NCBI GenBank assembly: GCA_003241895.1
Contig: QBLY01000004.1
Span: 102,210-166,209 of the forward strand
Length of the DNA: 64,000 nt
Reading direction: 5' to 3'
From: Lysobacteraceae bacterium
Lineage (GTDB): Bacteria; Pseudomonadota; Gammaproteobacteria; Xanthomonadales; Xanthomonadaceae
Shown: one piece after another, positions 30,018 to 40,900 of the stretch
How positions within the stretch are numbered: position 1 is the first letter of the stretch
Layout of the letters: each line of letters starts with the position of its first letter
Position numbers and translations under genes: made by a program
Notes under the pieces: model-generated
Databases searched by the model: none
What the model saw: only the letters and a program-made list of their open reading frames with translations
What the model was told of the DNA's origin: nothing

Positions 30018-30950
30018 TCAGTCGAGCAGGTTGCGGTCGAGGAAATCGCGAATGCGCGGCACCAGCACGGCGTGCTTGTCTTCCAGAACGTAGTGGCCGG
30101 CATCTTCGTAGATCTGCTTCTCGGCCTTGGGCAGCGCGGTTTCGAAACCCTTGAGGAAATGCTGGTCGAACACGAAGTCCTTCAGGCCCCAGCCGATGAA
30201 GGCCGGGCGGTTGCCGAACTCGGGCAGCCGGCGGCCGGCGTCCTCCACCAGGTCCCAGGCGCGGTCACCTTGCTTGAGCGGGATGTCCTGCACGAAGCGC
30301 ACGGTGGAAATGCGGTTGGCCCAGCTGTCGTAGGGCGCCAGCAGCGCACTTTTCACGGCCGGGTCGAGCTTGGTGACCACGCCGTCGGTGGCCGCGCCGG
30401 ACGCGAACGCATTGGCGCCGCGGATCAGCCACTCGCCCAGCGCCCAGTTGCGGCCCAGCTTGAGCTGCCAGGGCAGCGGCTTGTCGGGCGGCAGCGGGAA
30501 GGCGCTGGTATTGAGGACGACCAGGCGTTTCACGCGCGCGGCGTGCTTGAGCGCCCAGCCGAAGCCGATCATGCCGCCCCAGTCGTGCACGGCCAGGGTG
30601 ATGTTGTCGCCCAGGCCCAGATGGTCGAGCAGCCGGTCCAGGTCCTGCACGCGGTTGCGCAGCGTATAGCCGTAGTCGGCGTCGGCGGGCTTGTCCGACA
30701 GGCCCATGCCGATGTGGTCGGGCACGATGCAGCGGTAGTCGTCGCGCAGGCCCAGCACCAGGTGGCGCCAGTAGTACGACCACGACGGGTTGCCGTGCAG
30801 CATCACCACCGGGTCGCCCTCGCCCTCGTCCAAGTAGGACTGCGTGAGCCCGTTGGGGTGCATGAAGGACTTCGGGGTGAAGGGATAGTCCGGGAACGGA
30901 CCCTTGGCGAGGACGCGGGCCTGTTCGGCGCTGAGGGTGGTCGGGTTCAT
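30018..30950 (-). CDS. oleB: Beta-lactone decarboxylase OleB (haloalkane dehalogenase-like alpha/beta hydrolase)
   Basis: MLHGNPSWSYYW, PDHIGMGLSDKP, HDWGG nucleophile, AGHYVLEDK; directly upstream of oleC. Confidence 0.9.
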   Translation of the reverse strand: MNPTTLSAEQARVLAKGPFPDYPFTPKSFMHPNGLTQSYLDEGEGDPVVMLHGNPSWSYYWRHLVLGLRDDYRCIVPDHIGMGLSDKPADADYGYTLRNRVQDLDRLLDHLGLGDNITLAVHDWGGMIGFGWALKHAARVKRLVVLNTSAFPLPPDKPLPWQLKLGRNWALGEWLIRGANAFASGAATDGVVTKLDPAVKSALLAPYDSWANRISTVRFVQDIPLKQGDRAWDLVEDAGRRLPEFGNRPAFIGWGLKDFVFDQHFLKGFETALPKAEKQIYEDAGHYVLEDKHAVLVPRIRDFLDRNLLD

Positions 30951-31070
30951 GGGGCGGGATTCTACGCGAGCACGCCGGGCCACCACCAAACCCCGGGGCC
31001 CAGCCCACAGACGCGCCCCCTGCCCAATGGGTATGGTGGTGGGCACCCCGAGCCGCCCGGAGCCCCCCGA

Positions 31071-32300
31071 ATGAAACGCCGCTTTGTCTTGGTCGCCGCG
31101 CTGGTGATTGCCCTGGGCGCCGTGGGGTGGGTGGTGGTGCAGAAGCTGCGGGGCCCGGCGATGGACGGTTACCAGGTGGTCTCGCGCCCGCTGGTGCAGA
31201 CGGTGGTGGCCACGGGTCGGGTGGTGGCCGTGTCGCGCGCGCAGGTGGGCAGCCCCATCACCGGCGTGCTGCTGGAGCGGCGGGTGCAGGAAGGCGACGC
31301 CGTGAAGCCCGGAGACGTACTGGCCGTGCTGCGCGCGGACGACCTGGAGGCCGCCGCGCGCGAAGCCGAAGCCGCCCTGGCCCAGCTGCAGCAATCCACC
31401 CGGCCGCAGGCACAGGCTGCGCTGCGCGAGGCAGAGGCCCGGCTGGCGCAGGCCAACCGAGAAGCCACCCGCCGCCGCGACCTGTTCCAGCGCCAGCTGA
31501 TCGCCCGCGAAGCGATGGAACAGGCGGTGCAAGCCGAAACCATCGCCCGCTCGGCCGCCGAGCAGGCGCGCCTGGCCGCCAGTTCGCTGGCCGCGGGCAA
31601 CCCGAACGAAGCCGCGGCGCGCGCCCGCGTGGCGACCGCCCAGGCGCAGCTGGCCAAGACCATCATCCGCGCCGAAGTGGCCGGCACCGTGCTTACCCGA
31701 AACGCCGAGCCCGGCGACCTGGTGCAGCCGGGCCGCATCCTGTTCGAGATCGCCCGCGCCGGCGCCACCGAAGTGCTGGTGCCGCTGGACGAGAAAAACC
31801 TGCAGGTGCTGGCGCTCGGCCAGCCGGCGATGTGCATCGCCGACGCCTACCCGTCGCGGCCGTTCCCGGCGCAGGTGAGCTTCATCGCGCCCAGCGTGGA
31901 CCCGCAGCGCGGCTCGGTGGACATCCGCCTGACCGTGATGCCGGTGCCCGATTTCCTGCGCCAGGACATGACCGTGTCGGTGAACGTGGAAACCGGGCGC
32001 CGCGACAGCGCCGTGGTGGTGCCCAATGACGCGCTGGGCCAGGTCCAGGGCGACCGCGCCGAGCTGTGGCTGGTGGCCGAGGGCCGCGCCACGCGCCGCC
32101 AGGTGACGCTGGGCCTGCGCGGCCTGGCCCTGACCGAGATCACCCAGGGCCTGAAGCCCGGCGATTGGATACTGGCCGACGCCAAGGCACCGGTCGAAGA
32201 GGGCAGCCGCGCCCGCGTCAAGACCGGCACTGTCCCCGCCGATGCCACCGACACCTCCGATCCGGCCACGCGCAAAGAAACGCCGGCCAAGTTCGACTGA
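31071..32300 (+). CDS. Efflux membrane-fusion (HlyD/MacA-like) periplasmic adaptor
   Basis: N-terminal TM, lipoyl halves VGSPITG...VQEGDAVKPGDVL and IRAEVAGTVL...GDLV, helical hairpin. Confidence 0.9.
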   Translation: MKRRFVLVAALVIALGAVGWVVVQKLRGPAMDGYQVVSRPLVQTVVATGRVVAVSRAQVGSPITGVLLERRVQEGDAVKPGDVLAVLRADDLEAAAREAEAALAQLQQSTRPQAQAALREAEARLAQANREATRRRDLFQRQLIAREAMEQAVQAETIARSAAEQARLAASSLAAGNPNEAAARARVATAQAQLAKTIIRAEVAGTVLTRNAEPGDLVQPGRILFEIARAGATEVLVPLDEKNLQVLALGQPAMCIADAYPSRPFPAQVSFIAPSVDPQRGSVDIRLTVMPVPDFLRQDMTVSVNVETGRRDSAVVVPNDALGQVQGDRAELWLVAEGRATRRQVTLGLRGLALTEITQGLKPGDWILADAKAPVEEGSRARVKTGTVPADATDTSDPATRKETPAKFD

Positions 32301-32305
32301 CGCCG

Positions 32306-33500
32306 ATGTGGATCGAGTGGACCATCGCCACCAAGTTCCTGCGCGAGGGCAAGGCGCAGAGCACCCTCATCCTGGTAGGCATCGGGGTGGGCGTGGCGGT
32401 GATCGTGTTCCTGACCGCGCTGATCACCGGCCTGCAGGACAACATCATCCAGCGCACGCTGGGCACCCAGGCGCACATCAAGGTGCAGCCTACCGACGAG
32501 GCCAACCGCATCCTGCCGCCTGCGGACGGCAGCGTGCAGCTGGTGCTGGAGAACAAGCGCGCCCAGCGCCTGCGTTCGATCAACAACTGGCAGCAGGTGC
32601 GCGACGTGCTGGACACGCTGCCGCAGGTGACGGCCGTTTCGCCGGTGATCTCGGGCCCGGCGTTCGCGCGCCGCGGCGAGGCGCTGGAATCGGTGGCGCT
32701 GGTGGGCATCGACGCCGAGCGCTACCAGCGCATCATCCCGATCCAGGACGACGTGATCGCCGGCGTGTTCCGCATCGGCGCCGGCGACACGGTGATCGGC
32801 AAGCAGCTGGCGGCCGACCTGGGCCTGCGGGTGGGCGACAAGCTGCGGCTCGACGGCGGCCAGGGCCGCGAAAGCGTGGTGCACGTCGCCGGCATCTTCG
32901 AGCTGGGCGTGCGCGAACTGGACGCACGCTACGTGTACCTGGACATGAAACAAGCGCAGTCGCTGCTCAACCTGCCGGGCGCGGCCACGATCATCGACGT
33001 GACGGTGGACGACATTTTCCAGGCCCAGCCGGTTGCTGCGCGCATCGCCCGGCTCACCGGGCTGAAGGCCGAAAGCTGGATGGAAACCAACGGCCAGCTG
33101 ATGAACGCGCTGCGCTCACAAAGCCTGTCCACCCAGATGATCAGCGTGTTTGTGGCGCTGAGCGTGGCCCTGGGCATCGCCAGCGTGCTGTCGGTGAGCG
33201 TGGTGCAGCGCACGCGTGAGATCGGCATCCTGCGCGCCATGGGCACCACGCGCCAGCAGATGCTGCGGGTGTTCCTGGTGCAGGGCGCGCTGTTCGGGCT
33301 GGCCGGTTCGCTGGTGGGCGGGGTGGCGGGGTATGCCCTGGTGGGCGCATTCAACAACTTCGGGCCGAAACTGTTTTTCATACCGGTGAACCCGTGGCTG
33401 CTGGTGGGAGCAGCGGTACTGGCCACGGTGACCGGCATCGTGTCTGCGGCGATCCCGGCGCGGCGCGCCGCCGGCCTGGACCCGGTGGAGGCCATCCGCC

Positions 33501-33508
<8 letters not shown>
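32306..33508 (+). CDS. ABC transporter permease (MacB/LolE/FtsX family)
   Basis: QSTLILVGIGVGVAVI, QRTREIGILRAMG, ARRAAGLDPVEAIR. Confidence 0.92.
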
Positions 33509-34217
<709 letters not shown>

Positions 34218-34255
34218 TGCCCCCAGCAGCGCGAAGAACGGCATAAAGAACCGCA

Positions 34256-34345
34256 TAAAGAACGGGGTCAGGTTCACTTATCGGGGAAGCGCTCCGGCGG
34301 TTTGCCGTGACCGGTCCCGATAAGTGAACCTGACCCCGTTCTTTA
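34256..34345. repeat. Perfect 30-bp inverted repeat (REP/MITE-like), preceded by degenerate 12-bp tandem units at 34233-34268
   Basis: TAAAGAACGGGGTCAGGTTCACTTATCGGG (34256-34285) and its exact reverse complement (34316-34345), 30-nt spacer; the right arm contains the TAA stop of the convergent OYE gene. Confidence 0.92.
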
Positions 34346-35461
34346 CGCGGTGCCGCCGCTCTTCACCAGCAGCTTGGCGAACTGCCGCGGCTGCGAGCGC
34401 AGGTACTGCGGCGGCGCGCTGACCGACGCGCCCAGGTGCGCGGCCGCGTGCCAGGGCCAGCGCGGGTTGTAGAGCATGCCGCGCGCCAGCGCGACCATAT
34501 CCGCGTCGCCGGTGGCGACGATGGCCTCGGCGTGGTCGAAGTCGGTGATCATGCCCACTGCCACCACGGGGATGCCGACCGCCTGCTTCACCGCGCGCGC
34601 CAGCGGCACCTGGTAGCCCGGACCGACCGGGATGGCCTGCGCGGGATGCAGGCCGCCGCTGGAGACGTTGATGGCCGCGCAGCCGCGCGCCTCGAGCGCG
34701 TTCGAGAACGCCACCGTCTGTTCGATGTCCCAGCCGCCCGGCACCCAGTCGGTGCCCGACAGGCGCACGCTGACCGGGCGCTCGGCCGGGAAGGCGGCGC
34801 GCACGGCGTCGAACACTTCCAGCGGGAAGCGCATGCGGTTCTCGAGCGAGCCGCCGTACTCATCGTCGCGGTGGTTGGACAGCGGCGACAGGAATTCGTG
34901 CAGCAGGTAGCCGTGCGCGGCGTGGACCTGGATGGCGTCGATGCCCAGCCTCGCCGAGCGCTGCGCGGCGTTCGCGAAGGCGTCGCGCACCGCGTCCATG
35001 CCTTCGCGCGTCAGTGCGGTGGGCGCGTGGTCGGCATCGTTGAACGGCAGCGCCGAGGGCGCGACGGTTTGCCAGCCGTGGGCATGGTCCGGCGCAAATT
35101 GCTTGCCGCCCTGCCACGGCAGGTCGGTGGAGGCCTTGCGGCCGGCGTGCGCCAGCTGGATGGCGATGGGCATGGCCGACCAGCGACGGATGCCGTTGAG
35201 CACCGTAGCCATCGCCGCTTCCGTGGCGTCATCCCACAGGCCGACGTCGCCGTAGGAAATGCGGCCCTCGGGCAGCACGGCCGTGGCCTCGATGGTGAGC
35301 AGCGCCGCGCCCGACTGCGACAGCTGCCCCAGGTGGATCAGGTGCCAGTCGGTCATGCCTCCGTCCACGGCCGAGTACTGGCACATGGGCGCGATGACGA
35401 TGCGGTTGGCGAGCAGCAGGGAGCCGACGCTGATCGGCTCGAAAAGTTGGGGCGTGCTCAT
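34343..35461 (-). CDS. NADH:flavin oxidoreductase / old yellow enzyme (YqjM/NamA-like)
   Basis: [48 protein letters not shown]; ATGA-coupled to the LLM gene. Confidence 0.93.
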   Translation of the reverse strand: MSTPQLFEPISVGSLLLANRIVIAPMCQYSAVDGGMTDWHLIHLGQLSQSGAALLTIEATAVLPEGRISYGDVGLWDDATEAAMATVLNGIRRWSAMPIAIQLAHAGRKASTDLPWQGGKQFAPDHAHGWQTVAPSALPFNDADHAPTALTREGMDAVRDAFANAAQRSARLGIDAIQVHAAHGYLLHEFLSPLSNHRDDEYGGSLENRMRFPLEVFDAVRAAFPAERPVSVRLSGTDWVPGGWDIEQTVAFSNALEARGCAAINVSSGGLHPAQAIPVGPGYQVPLARAVKQAVGIPVVAVGMITDFDHAEAIVATGDADMVALARGMLYNPRWPWHAAAHLGASVSAPPQYLRSQPRQFAKLLVKSGGTA

Positions 35462-36450
35462 GAGGTCCAGGCTTCCATGGTCAGTTCGAACGAGCGCACG
35501 CGCTGGGCGTGGTCGAAGATGTTGGCGGTCAGCAGGAGTTCGTCGGGGCGATGCCGTTCGACGAAGGCCTGCATCGCCGCGCGCACCGTGGCCGGCGAGC
35601 CCACGGCGCGGCAGGCCAGCGCGCTGTCGATCATGTGCTTCTCGGCGGGCATGCAGTAGTCGTTGATGGCGGCGGCGCTTTCCAGCGGGGGCGGCACCAG
35701 GCCGGGCCGGCCGCGGCGCAGGTTCACGAAGGCCTGCTGCTGGGTGGTGAACAGGCGCGCGGCTTCGTCGTCGGTGTCGGCCGTGACCACGTTCAGCGCC
35801 AGCATCACGTGCGGCTGCGCCAGCCTTGCGGACGGTTTGAACTCGCGGTGGTAAACCGCCAGCGCCTGGTCCAGCGCATCGGGCGCGAAGTGCGAGGCGA
35901 ACGCATAGGGCAGGCCCAGCGCCGCGGCCAGCCGCGCGCCGAACAGGCTCGAACCCAGGATCCAGGCTTCGATGTCCACGCCCGCGCCAGGCACCGCCTG
36001 CACGGCCTGGCCCGGCTGCGCGGGTTCGAAGTAGCGCAGCAGCTCGACCACGTCGGACGGGAATTCCTCGGCGTTGGCGTAGTAGCGCCGCAGCGCCTGC
36101 GCCGCGGCCTGGTCGGTGCCGGGCGCGCGGCCCAGGCCCAGGTCGATGCGGCCCGGGTACAGGCAGCCCAGCGTGCCGAACGCCTCGGCCGCCTGCAGCG
36201 GCGAATGGTTGGGCAGCATGATGCCGCCGGCGCCGACGCGGATGGTCTGGGTGCCGCCCGCGACATGCCCGACCAGAACCGCGGTGGCCGCACTGGCGAT
36301 GCCGGGCATGTTGTGGTGTTCGGCCAACCAGTAGCGCCGATAGCCCGCTCGTTCGCCGGCGCGCGCAAGGTCGAGCGCATTGGCGAAGGTCTGCGCCGGC
36401 GTGCTGCCCACGGTGACGGGGGCGAGGTCGAGGATGGAGAGCGGAGTCAT
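35458..36450 (-). CDS. LLM-class (luciferase-like) flavin-dependent monooxygenase, YhbW-like
   Basis: [49 protein letters not shown]. Confidence 0.92.
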   Translation of the reverse strand: MTPLSILDLAPVTVGSTPAQTFANALDLARAGERAGYRRYWLAEHHNMPGIASAATAVLVGHVAGGTQTIRVGAGGIMLPNHSPLQAAEAFGTLGCLYPGRIDLGLGRAPGTDQAAAQALRRYYANAEEFPSDVVELLRYFEPAQPGQAVQAVPGAGVDIEAWILGSSLFGARLAAALGLPYAFASHFAPDALDQALAVYHREFKPSARLAQPHVMLALNVVTADTDDEAARLFTTQQQAFVNLRRGRPGLVPPPLESAAAINDYCMPAEKHMIDSALACRAVGSPATVRAAMQAFVERHRPDELLLTANIFDHAQRVRSFELTMEAWTS

Positions 36451-36741
36451 GGGCGCGCCACGGAGAGGTTCCCCTTGAGATGGGGTTCAGGACGGGCCTG
36501 TACAAGACGCCCGGAGCGCATGGATAGCCACAGTCCTTGCCAACCGATGCTTCTGACGCGACGCGCGTTTCGATCGTGCTTGATGAAACACAAGGCGCGA
36601 GGTCCATCCAAGGTCAGGCGGGTGAAAATCGTTGGTGCGGACGCGCGAATCCGCAGCTTCGCACAGCCGCGAAACGCGCCCTTGATTTCCATAATCGGCG
36701 CGTGCGATTGTCGGCCAGGAACGGACTGGAGAGACGTCATA

Positions 36742-38490
36742 ATGAAGACGGCGGGTTGGCGCAGGTATGCGCCGCACGCGGCGGGCTCGATCGTGCTGGC
36801 GTTCCTTGTCGCATGCACCGGAGCGCCCCGGCATTCTGATGCACCCAGCCACGTCGGCGCCGCGAAGGGCGAGGCCATGGTGGCAGCGGCCGATCCGCTG
36901 GCCGTGGACGCCGGACTGGAAATGCTGCGCGCGGGCGGCAGCGCCATTGATGCGGCGATCGCGGTCGAGCTGACGCTGGGATTGGTGGAGCCGGAATCGT
37001 CGGGGCTGGGGGGCGGCGGTTTCCTGATCCACTTCACTGCGAACACCGAGGCGATGGACGCCTACGATGGCCGCGAGTGGGCGCCTGCGGGCGCTGGCGC
37101 GGACCTGTTCATGCAGGATGGAACGGCGCTGCCGTTTGAGCTGGCGCAGGCCAGCGGCAAATCCATCGGCACGCCTGCGCTGATTCCGATGTTGAAGCTG
37201 GCGCACCAGCAGCACGGAAAGCTGCCGTGGGCCAGGCTGTTCGAGCCGGCGATCAGGCTGGCGGAAAATGGCTTCGTGGTCGGGCCGCGCCTGAGCCGAA
37301 GCCTTGCCGGCAACAAGGCCATCTTCGAGGCCGACCAACAGGCGCGGGCGATCTATCTCGACGCTTCGGGCACGCCTTGGCCGCAGGGGCACCTGCTGAA
37401 GAACCCCGAATACGCCCGCACGCTGCGCGCCATTGCATCCGACGGGCCGCGCGCGCTCACACAAGGCGCCATTGCGGACAGCATCGTGGCTGCAGCCCAG
37501 CGCCAGCCGCGCGCGGGAACACTGACGTTGGCGGACCTGCAGGCCTATCAGCCGCGGCGGCTTGATCCGCTCTGCGCGCCGTACCGGGTCTATCGCGTCT
37601 GCACGATGCCTTCGCCCAGTTCGGCCAACGCGATGCTGTCGATCCTGGGTCTTTACGAACGTGCGCGACCCCAACCGGAGGGTCCGCGCAATGTGCAGGA
37701 CTGGGCGGCGTATGTTTGGGCGAGCCGTCTTTCCTATGTCGACCGCGATCACTACATGGCGGATGACCGCTTCGTGCCGGCGCCGACCCGAGAGCTGATC
37801 GCCCCGGCCTATCTCGACAGCCGCGCGAAGCTGATCGACCTGGCACAGGGCTCCGCCACCGTGCCCGTTGGCGCGCCTGCGGGAGAGGCCTTGCGCAATC
37901 GCTGGGGCAGCGAGGCGATGCAGGAACATGGCACCACGCATCTTTCCGTCGTGGACCACGCCGGCAATGCCGTGTCGCTGACGGCGACCATTGAATCCGA
38001 GTATGGCTCGCATCGCATGGCGGGCGGCTTCTGGCTCAACAACCAGTTGACGGATTTCTCGCTTGAGCCGGTGATCGATGGAAAGCCGGTGGCCAATGCG
38101 GTCGCGCCGCGCAAGGCACCGCGTTCGTCCATGTCGCCAGCGATCATCACCGACAGGGACGGCAGGCTGGTGATGGTGGTCGGCTCGATGGGCGGCAGCA
38201 CGATCATCGCTTCGGTCTCGCGCACGATCATCGGAGTGCTGGACTGGAAGCAGACGCCGCAGGAAGCGGTCGGCACGGCGGCTGTCTTCGCGCGCACGCC
38301 CGACATTTCGTTCGAAACGTCACGCCTGCCGGAGGCAACGGCCGATGCGCTGCGCGCACTGGGCTGGCGCATGGTGCCCGAGGACCTTCACAGCGGCACG
38401 CATGTGATCCAGGTGACGCCGCAAGGGCTGGTCGGCGGCGCCGATCCGCGCGAAGAGGGCAAGGCCGTGGCGCTGCCGGCGGCACGTTAG
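36742..38490 (+). CDS. Gamma-glutamyltransferase family protein, probable lipoprotein
   Basis: Lipobox-like LVAC, EPESSGLGGG, DGRE, autocleavage Thr in GTTHLSVVD, LNNQLTDFS, PRSSMSP. Confidence 0.92.
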   Translation: MKTAGWRRYAPHAAGSIVLAFLVACTGAPRHSDAPSHVGAAKGEAMVAAADPLAVDAGLEMLRAGGSAIDAAIAVELTLGLVEPESSGLGGGGFLIHFTANTEAMDAYDGREWAPAGAGADLFMQDGTALPFELAQASGKSIGTPALIPMLKLAHQQHGKLPWARLFEPAIRLAENGFVVGPRLSRSLAGNKAIFEADQQARAIYLDASGTPWPQGHLLKNPEYARTLRAIASDGPRALTQGAIADSIVAAAQRQPRAGTLTLADLQAYQPRRLDPLCAPYRVYRVCTMPSPSSANAMLSILGLYERARPQPEGPRNVQDWAAYVWASRLSYVDRDHYMADDRFVPAPTRELIAPAYLDSRAKLIDLAQGSATVPVGAPAGEALRNRWGSEAMQEHGTTHLSVVDHAGNAVSLTATIESEYGSHRMAGGFWLNNQLTDFSLEPVIDGKPVANAVAPRKAPRSSMSPAIITDRDGRLVMVVGSMGGSTIIASVSRTIIGVLDWKQTPQEAVGTAAVFARTPDISFETSRLPEATADALRALGWRMVPEDLHSGTHVIQVTPQGLVGGADPREEGKAVALPAAR

Positions 38491-38527
38491 GGTTCGGAGC
38501 CAGCAGTCGGACAACGCCCGCACGCGC

Positions 38528-38947
38528 CTACCCCCGAAACGTCTGCAGGTGCACGCTGGTTTCGCTGGCGCTGACGCCTTCGATGCCGCGGATGCGCTCA
38601 AGCGTGGCCGACAGCTCGGCCAGGCTGGCCACCCGAAGTTCCGCCAGCAGGTCCCAGCGGCCATTGGTGTCGTACAGCGCGGCGATGCCGGGCTCGCCCA
38701 GCAGCGCACGGATGACATGGTGCTGGTTGCCCTCCACCGCGATGGCGGTCCAGGCGCGGATTTCATCGGGCGTGGCGTCGGGGCGCAGGCGCAGGGTGTA
38801 GCCGGCGATCACGCCGTCGCGCTGCAGCCGGGCCATGCGGTTGGTGACGGTGCCGCGCGACACCCCCAAGGCCTTGGCCAGGTCGGCCACGGCGGCGCGG
38901 GCGTCGTGGCGGAGTTTGGCGATCAGGCGGTGGTCCAGGTCGTCCAT
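38528..38947 (-). CDS. Lrp/AsnC family transcriptional regulator
   Basis: MDDLDHRLIAKLRHDAR, HTH region, GRWDLLAEL; divergent from the ornithine cyclodeaminase gene. Confidence 0.93.
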   Translation of the reverse strand: MDDLDHRLIAKLRHDARAAVADLAKALGVSRGTVTNRMARLQRDGVIAGYTLRLRPDATPDEIRAWTAIAVEGNQHHVIRALLGEPGIAALYDTNGRWDLLAELRVASLAELSATLERIRGIEGVSASETSVHLQTFRG

Positions 38948-39079
38948 TTGATCATTCCGGCAGCCGAGTCTGACTATTTAGCAGCTATTTGCTTATTAAG
39001 TGACATCTTTGCCGTTTCGCACTGCCGCCTGTCCCGGGAAAATAGGGTTTACCGAAACCCCATCTTCCGGAGACCCACC

Positions 39080-40126
39080 ATGGCCATGACCCAGCTGACC
39101 ACTCAAGACCTGACCCGCATCGTCGCCGCCCACGGCCTGCCGACCCTGCTTGGCCGCCTGGTGGACTACCTGGAGGCCGACTTCCGCCGCTGGCCGGACT
39201 TCGACAAGAGCGCGCGCACCGCCGCCCATTCCGACGTGGGCGTGATCGAGCTGATGCCGATCTCCGACGCCAGGGACTTCAGCTTCAAGTACGTCAACGG
39301 CCACCCGGGCAATACCCGCCTGGGCCTGAGCACGGTGGTTGCCTTCGGCGTGCTGGCCGACATGGAAACCGGCATGCCCAGCCTGATCAGCGAACTCACC
39401 CTGACCACCGCCCTGCGCACCGCCGCCACCTCGGTGATGGCGGCCAAGCTGCTGGCGCGCAAGGACGCCAAGACCATGGCCCTGATCGGCAACGGCGCCC
39501 AGAGCGAATTCCAGGCGCTGGCCTTCCACCACCTGCTGGGCATCACCGAGGTGCGCGTGTACGACGTCGACCCGGCCGCCACCGACAAGCTGGTGCGCAA
39601 CCTGGCCGCGGCCGCGCCCGCCCTGCGCGTGGTGCGCAGCGCCGGCGTCGCCCAGGCCGTGCGCGGCGCCGACATCGTCACCACCGTCACCGCCGACAAG
39701 GCCAACGCCGACATCCTCACGCCCGAGATGATCGAGCCGGGCATGCACATCAACGGCGTCGGCGGCGACTGCCCCGGCAAGACCGAACTGGCCACCGGCG
39801 TGGTGGACATGGCGTCGGTGTTCGTGGAGTTCGAGCCGCAGTCGCGCATCGAGGGCGAGCTGCAGCAGATGCCCGCCGGTTTCCCGGTGACCGAACTGTG
39901 GCGCGTGCTGACCGTGCAGGCCGCCGGCCGCCGCAACGCGGCCGAAGTCACGCTGTTCGATTCGGTGGGCTTCGCGTTGGAGGACTATTCGGCGCTGCGC
40001 CTGGTGCGCGACTGCGCCAAGGAGCTGGGCCTGGGCCATGAGTCGGGGCTGGTCCCCAACCTGCGTGATCCGAAGGATTTGTTTGGTGAGTTGGCGGCGG
40101 GGCGCGGGATCCAGAAAGCCGCCTGA
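39080..40126 (+). CDS. ocd: Ornithine cyclodeaminase
   Basis: GVIELMP, FKYVNGHPGN, LTTALRTAATS, IGNGAQSEFQ, GGDCPGKTEL, FDSVGFALED. Confidence 0.92.
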   Translation: MAMTQLTTQDLTRIVAAHGLPTLLGRLVDYLEADFRRWPDFDKSARTAAHSDVGVIELMPISDARDFSFKYVNGHPGNTRLGLSTVVAFGVLADMETGMPSLISELTLTTALRTAATSVMAAKLLARKDAKTMALIGNGAQSEFQALAFHHLLGITEVRVYDVDPAATDKLVRNLAAAAPALRVVRSAGVAQAVRGADIVTTVTADKANADILTPEMIEPGMHINGVGGDCPGKTELATGVVDMASVFVEFEPQSRIEGELQQMPAGFPVTELWRVLTVQAAGRRNAAEVTLFDSVGFALEDYSALRLVRDCAKELGLGHESGLVPNLRDPKDLFGELAAGRGIQKAA

Positions 40127-40227
40127 AGAGGCTGCCCCAAGGGGCGGGTCGAATGGCCCGCCTGGCTGTGTGCGAGTTCCGAGGATATTGCCCTACCGTG
40201 CCCGTTTAGGTTGCTCAGCCCGCTGGT

Positions 40228-40265
40228 GTTGACCGGCTCGAATCGGCCAGGAGCGGCCGTTCAAC
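40228..40265 (-). repeat. Bulged hairpin repeat, copy overlapping attC R'
   Basis: Minus strand GTTGAACGGCCGCTCCTGGCCGATTCGAGCCGGTCAAC; 9/10 terminal stem; core GCCGCTCCTGGCCG shared with 43523-43538 and 36712-36726. Confidence 0.65.
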
Positions 40266-40315
40266 GCCTTGGGCTAAGCCCCGCCGTAGGCGTCACCTTG
40301 AATCAGTTGTTAGGC
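40259..40315 (-). mobile_element. Integron attC site (57 bp)
   Basis: Minus strand GCCTAAC-AACTG-ATTCAAGG-TGACGCCTACGGCGGG-GCTTAGC-CCAAGGC-GTTGAAC; R'' fits RYYYAAC, R' fits GTTRRRY, L boxes and central hairpin present; the TAA stop of the upstream gene lies inside R''. Confidence 0.8.
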
Positions 40316-40900
40316 ACGAGCGGGTTCGGCAACACGCCTGAACTCCCGCATTGCCATAACCACGAGCGCGATGCCTGACACCCCAGTTCCAACCAGCGCC
40401 CAGCTCGGCGATTCGCCTCGCACCAGGGCGAGAACTGCCCCGCCGCCAAGAAGCGTAGCCCACGGCATGCCGACAACGGCCAGACCGGCGCCAATGTACT
40501 GTCGCTGACGGAAGAGGTGAACCAGCGCTTGGGCTATCAGAACCACAGCGAGGCTAGCCACCGAGATGTTTATTACGGCCAAGCCCTGCGAAGCGGGGAG
40601 GCCAGCCGGGCGCCCGGATTCACCAGTAACTGCCAACGTGATGATGGCGATGCCAAGAAGCAGCATGCCGGGCCATGTCCAGACGGGGTGGGCGGTGCTG
40701 CAAGGCTGCTCCTCCTGAAGGTCGATTAGCTTGGCCCCGTAGGTGGCCGCGAGGCATACGGCTGTGCCCAGAGATGCAACTCCTTCTGCCTCAACACGCT
40801 GAACAGTGCGGAGGCTCAAGCCGGATGCGACGGCGAGTTGATCTTGAGACCACCCTCGCTCGGTGCGCAGGCGACGTACGGTAGAGGACGAGATCTTCAT
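40310..40900 (-). CDS. XRE-family HTH regulator with C-terminal multi-TM domain (cassette-borne)
   Basis: VRRLRTERGWSQDQLAVASGLSLRTVQRVE HTH, followed by about four hydrophobic helices; GGAG precedes ATG 40900 (alternative ATG 40912). Confidence 0.85.
   Translation of the reverse strand: MKISSSTVRRLRTERGWSQDQLAVASGLSLRTVQRVEAEGVASLGTAVCLAATYGAKLIDLQEEQPCSTAHPVWTWPGMLLLGIAIITLAVTGESGRPAGLPASQGLAVINISVASLAVVLIAQALVHLFRQRQYIGAGLAVVGMPWATLLGGGAVLALVRGESPSWALVGTGVSGIALVVMAMREFRRVAEPARA

Noticed and set aside
38484-38520. GTTAGG at the ggt stop and a faint repeat-like stretch after it, as a possible second attC or repeat copy
   Set aside because: It does not fit GTTRRRY, has no matching R''/L boxes, and the similarity to the hairpin family is too weak.
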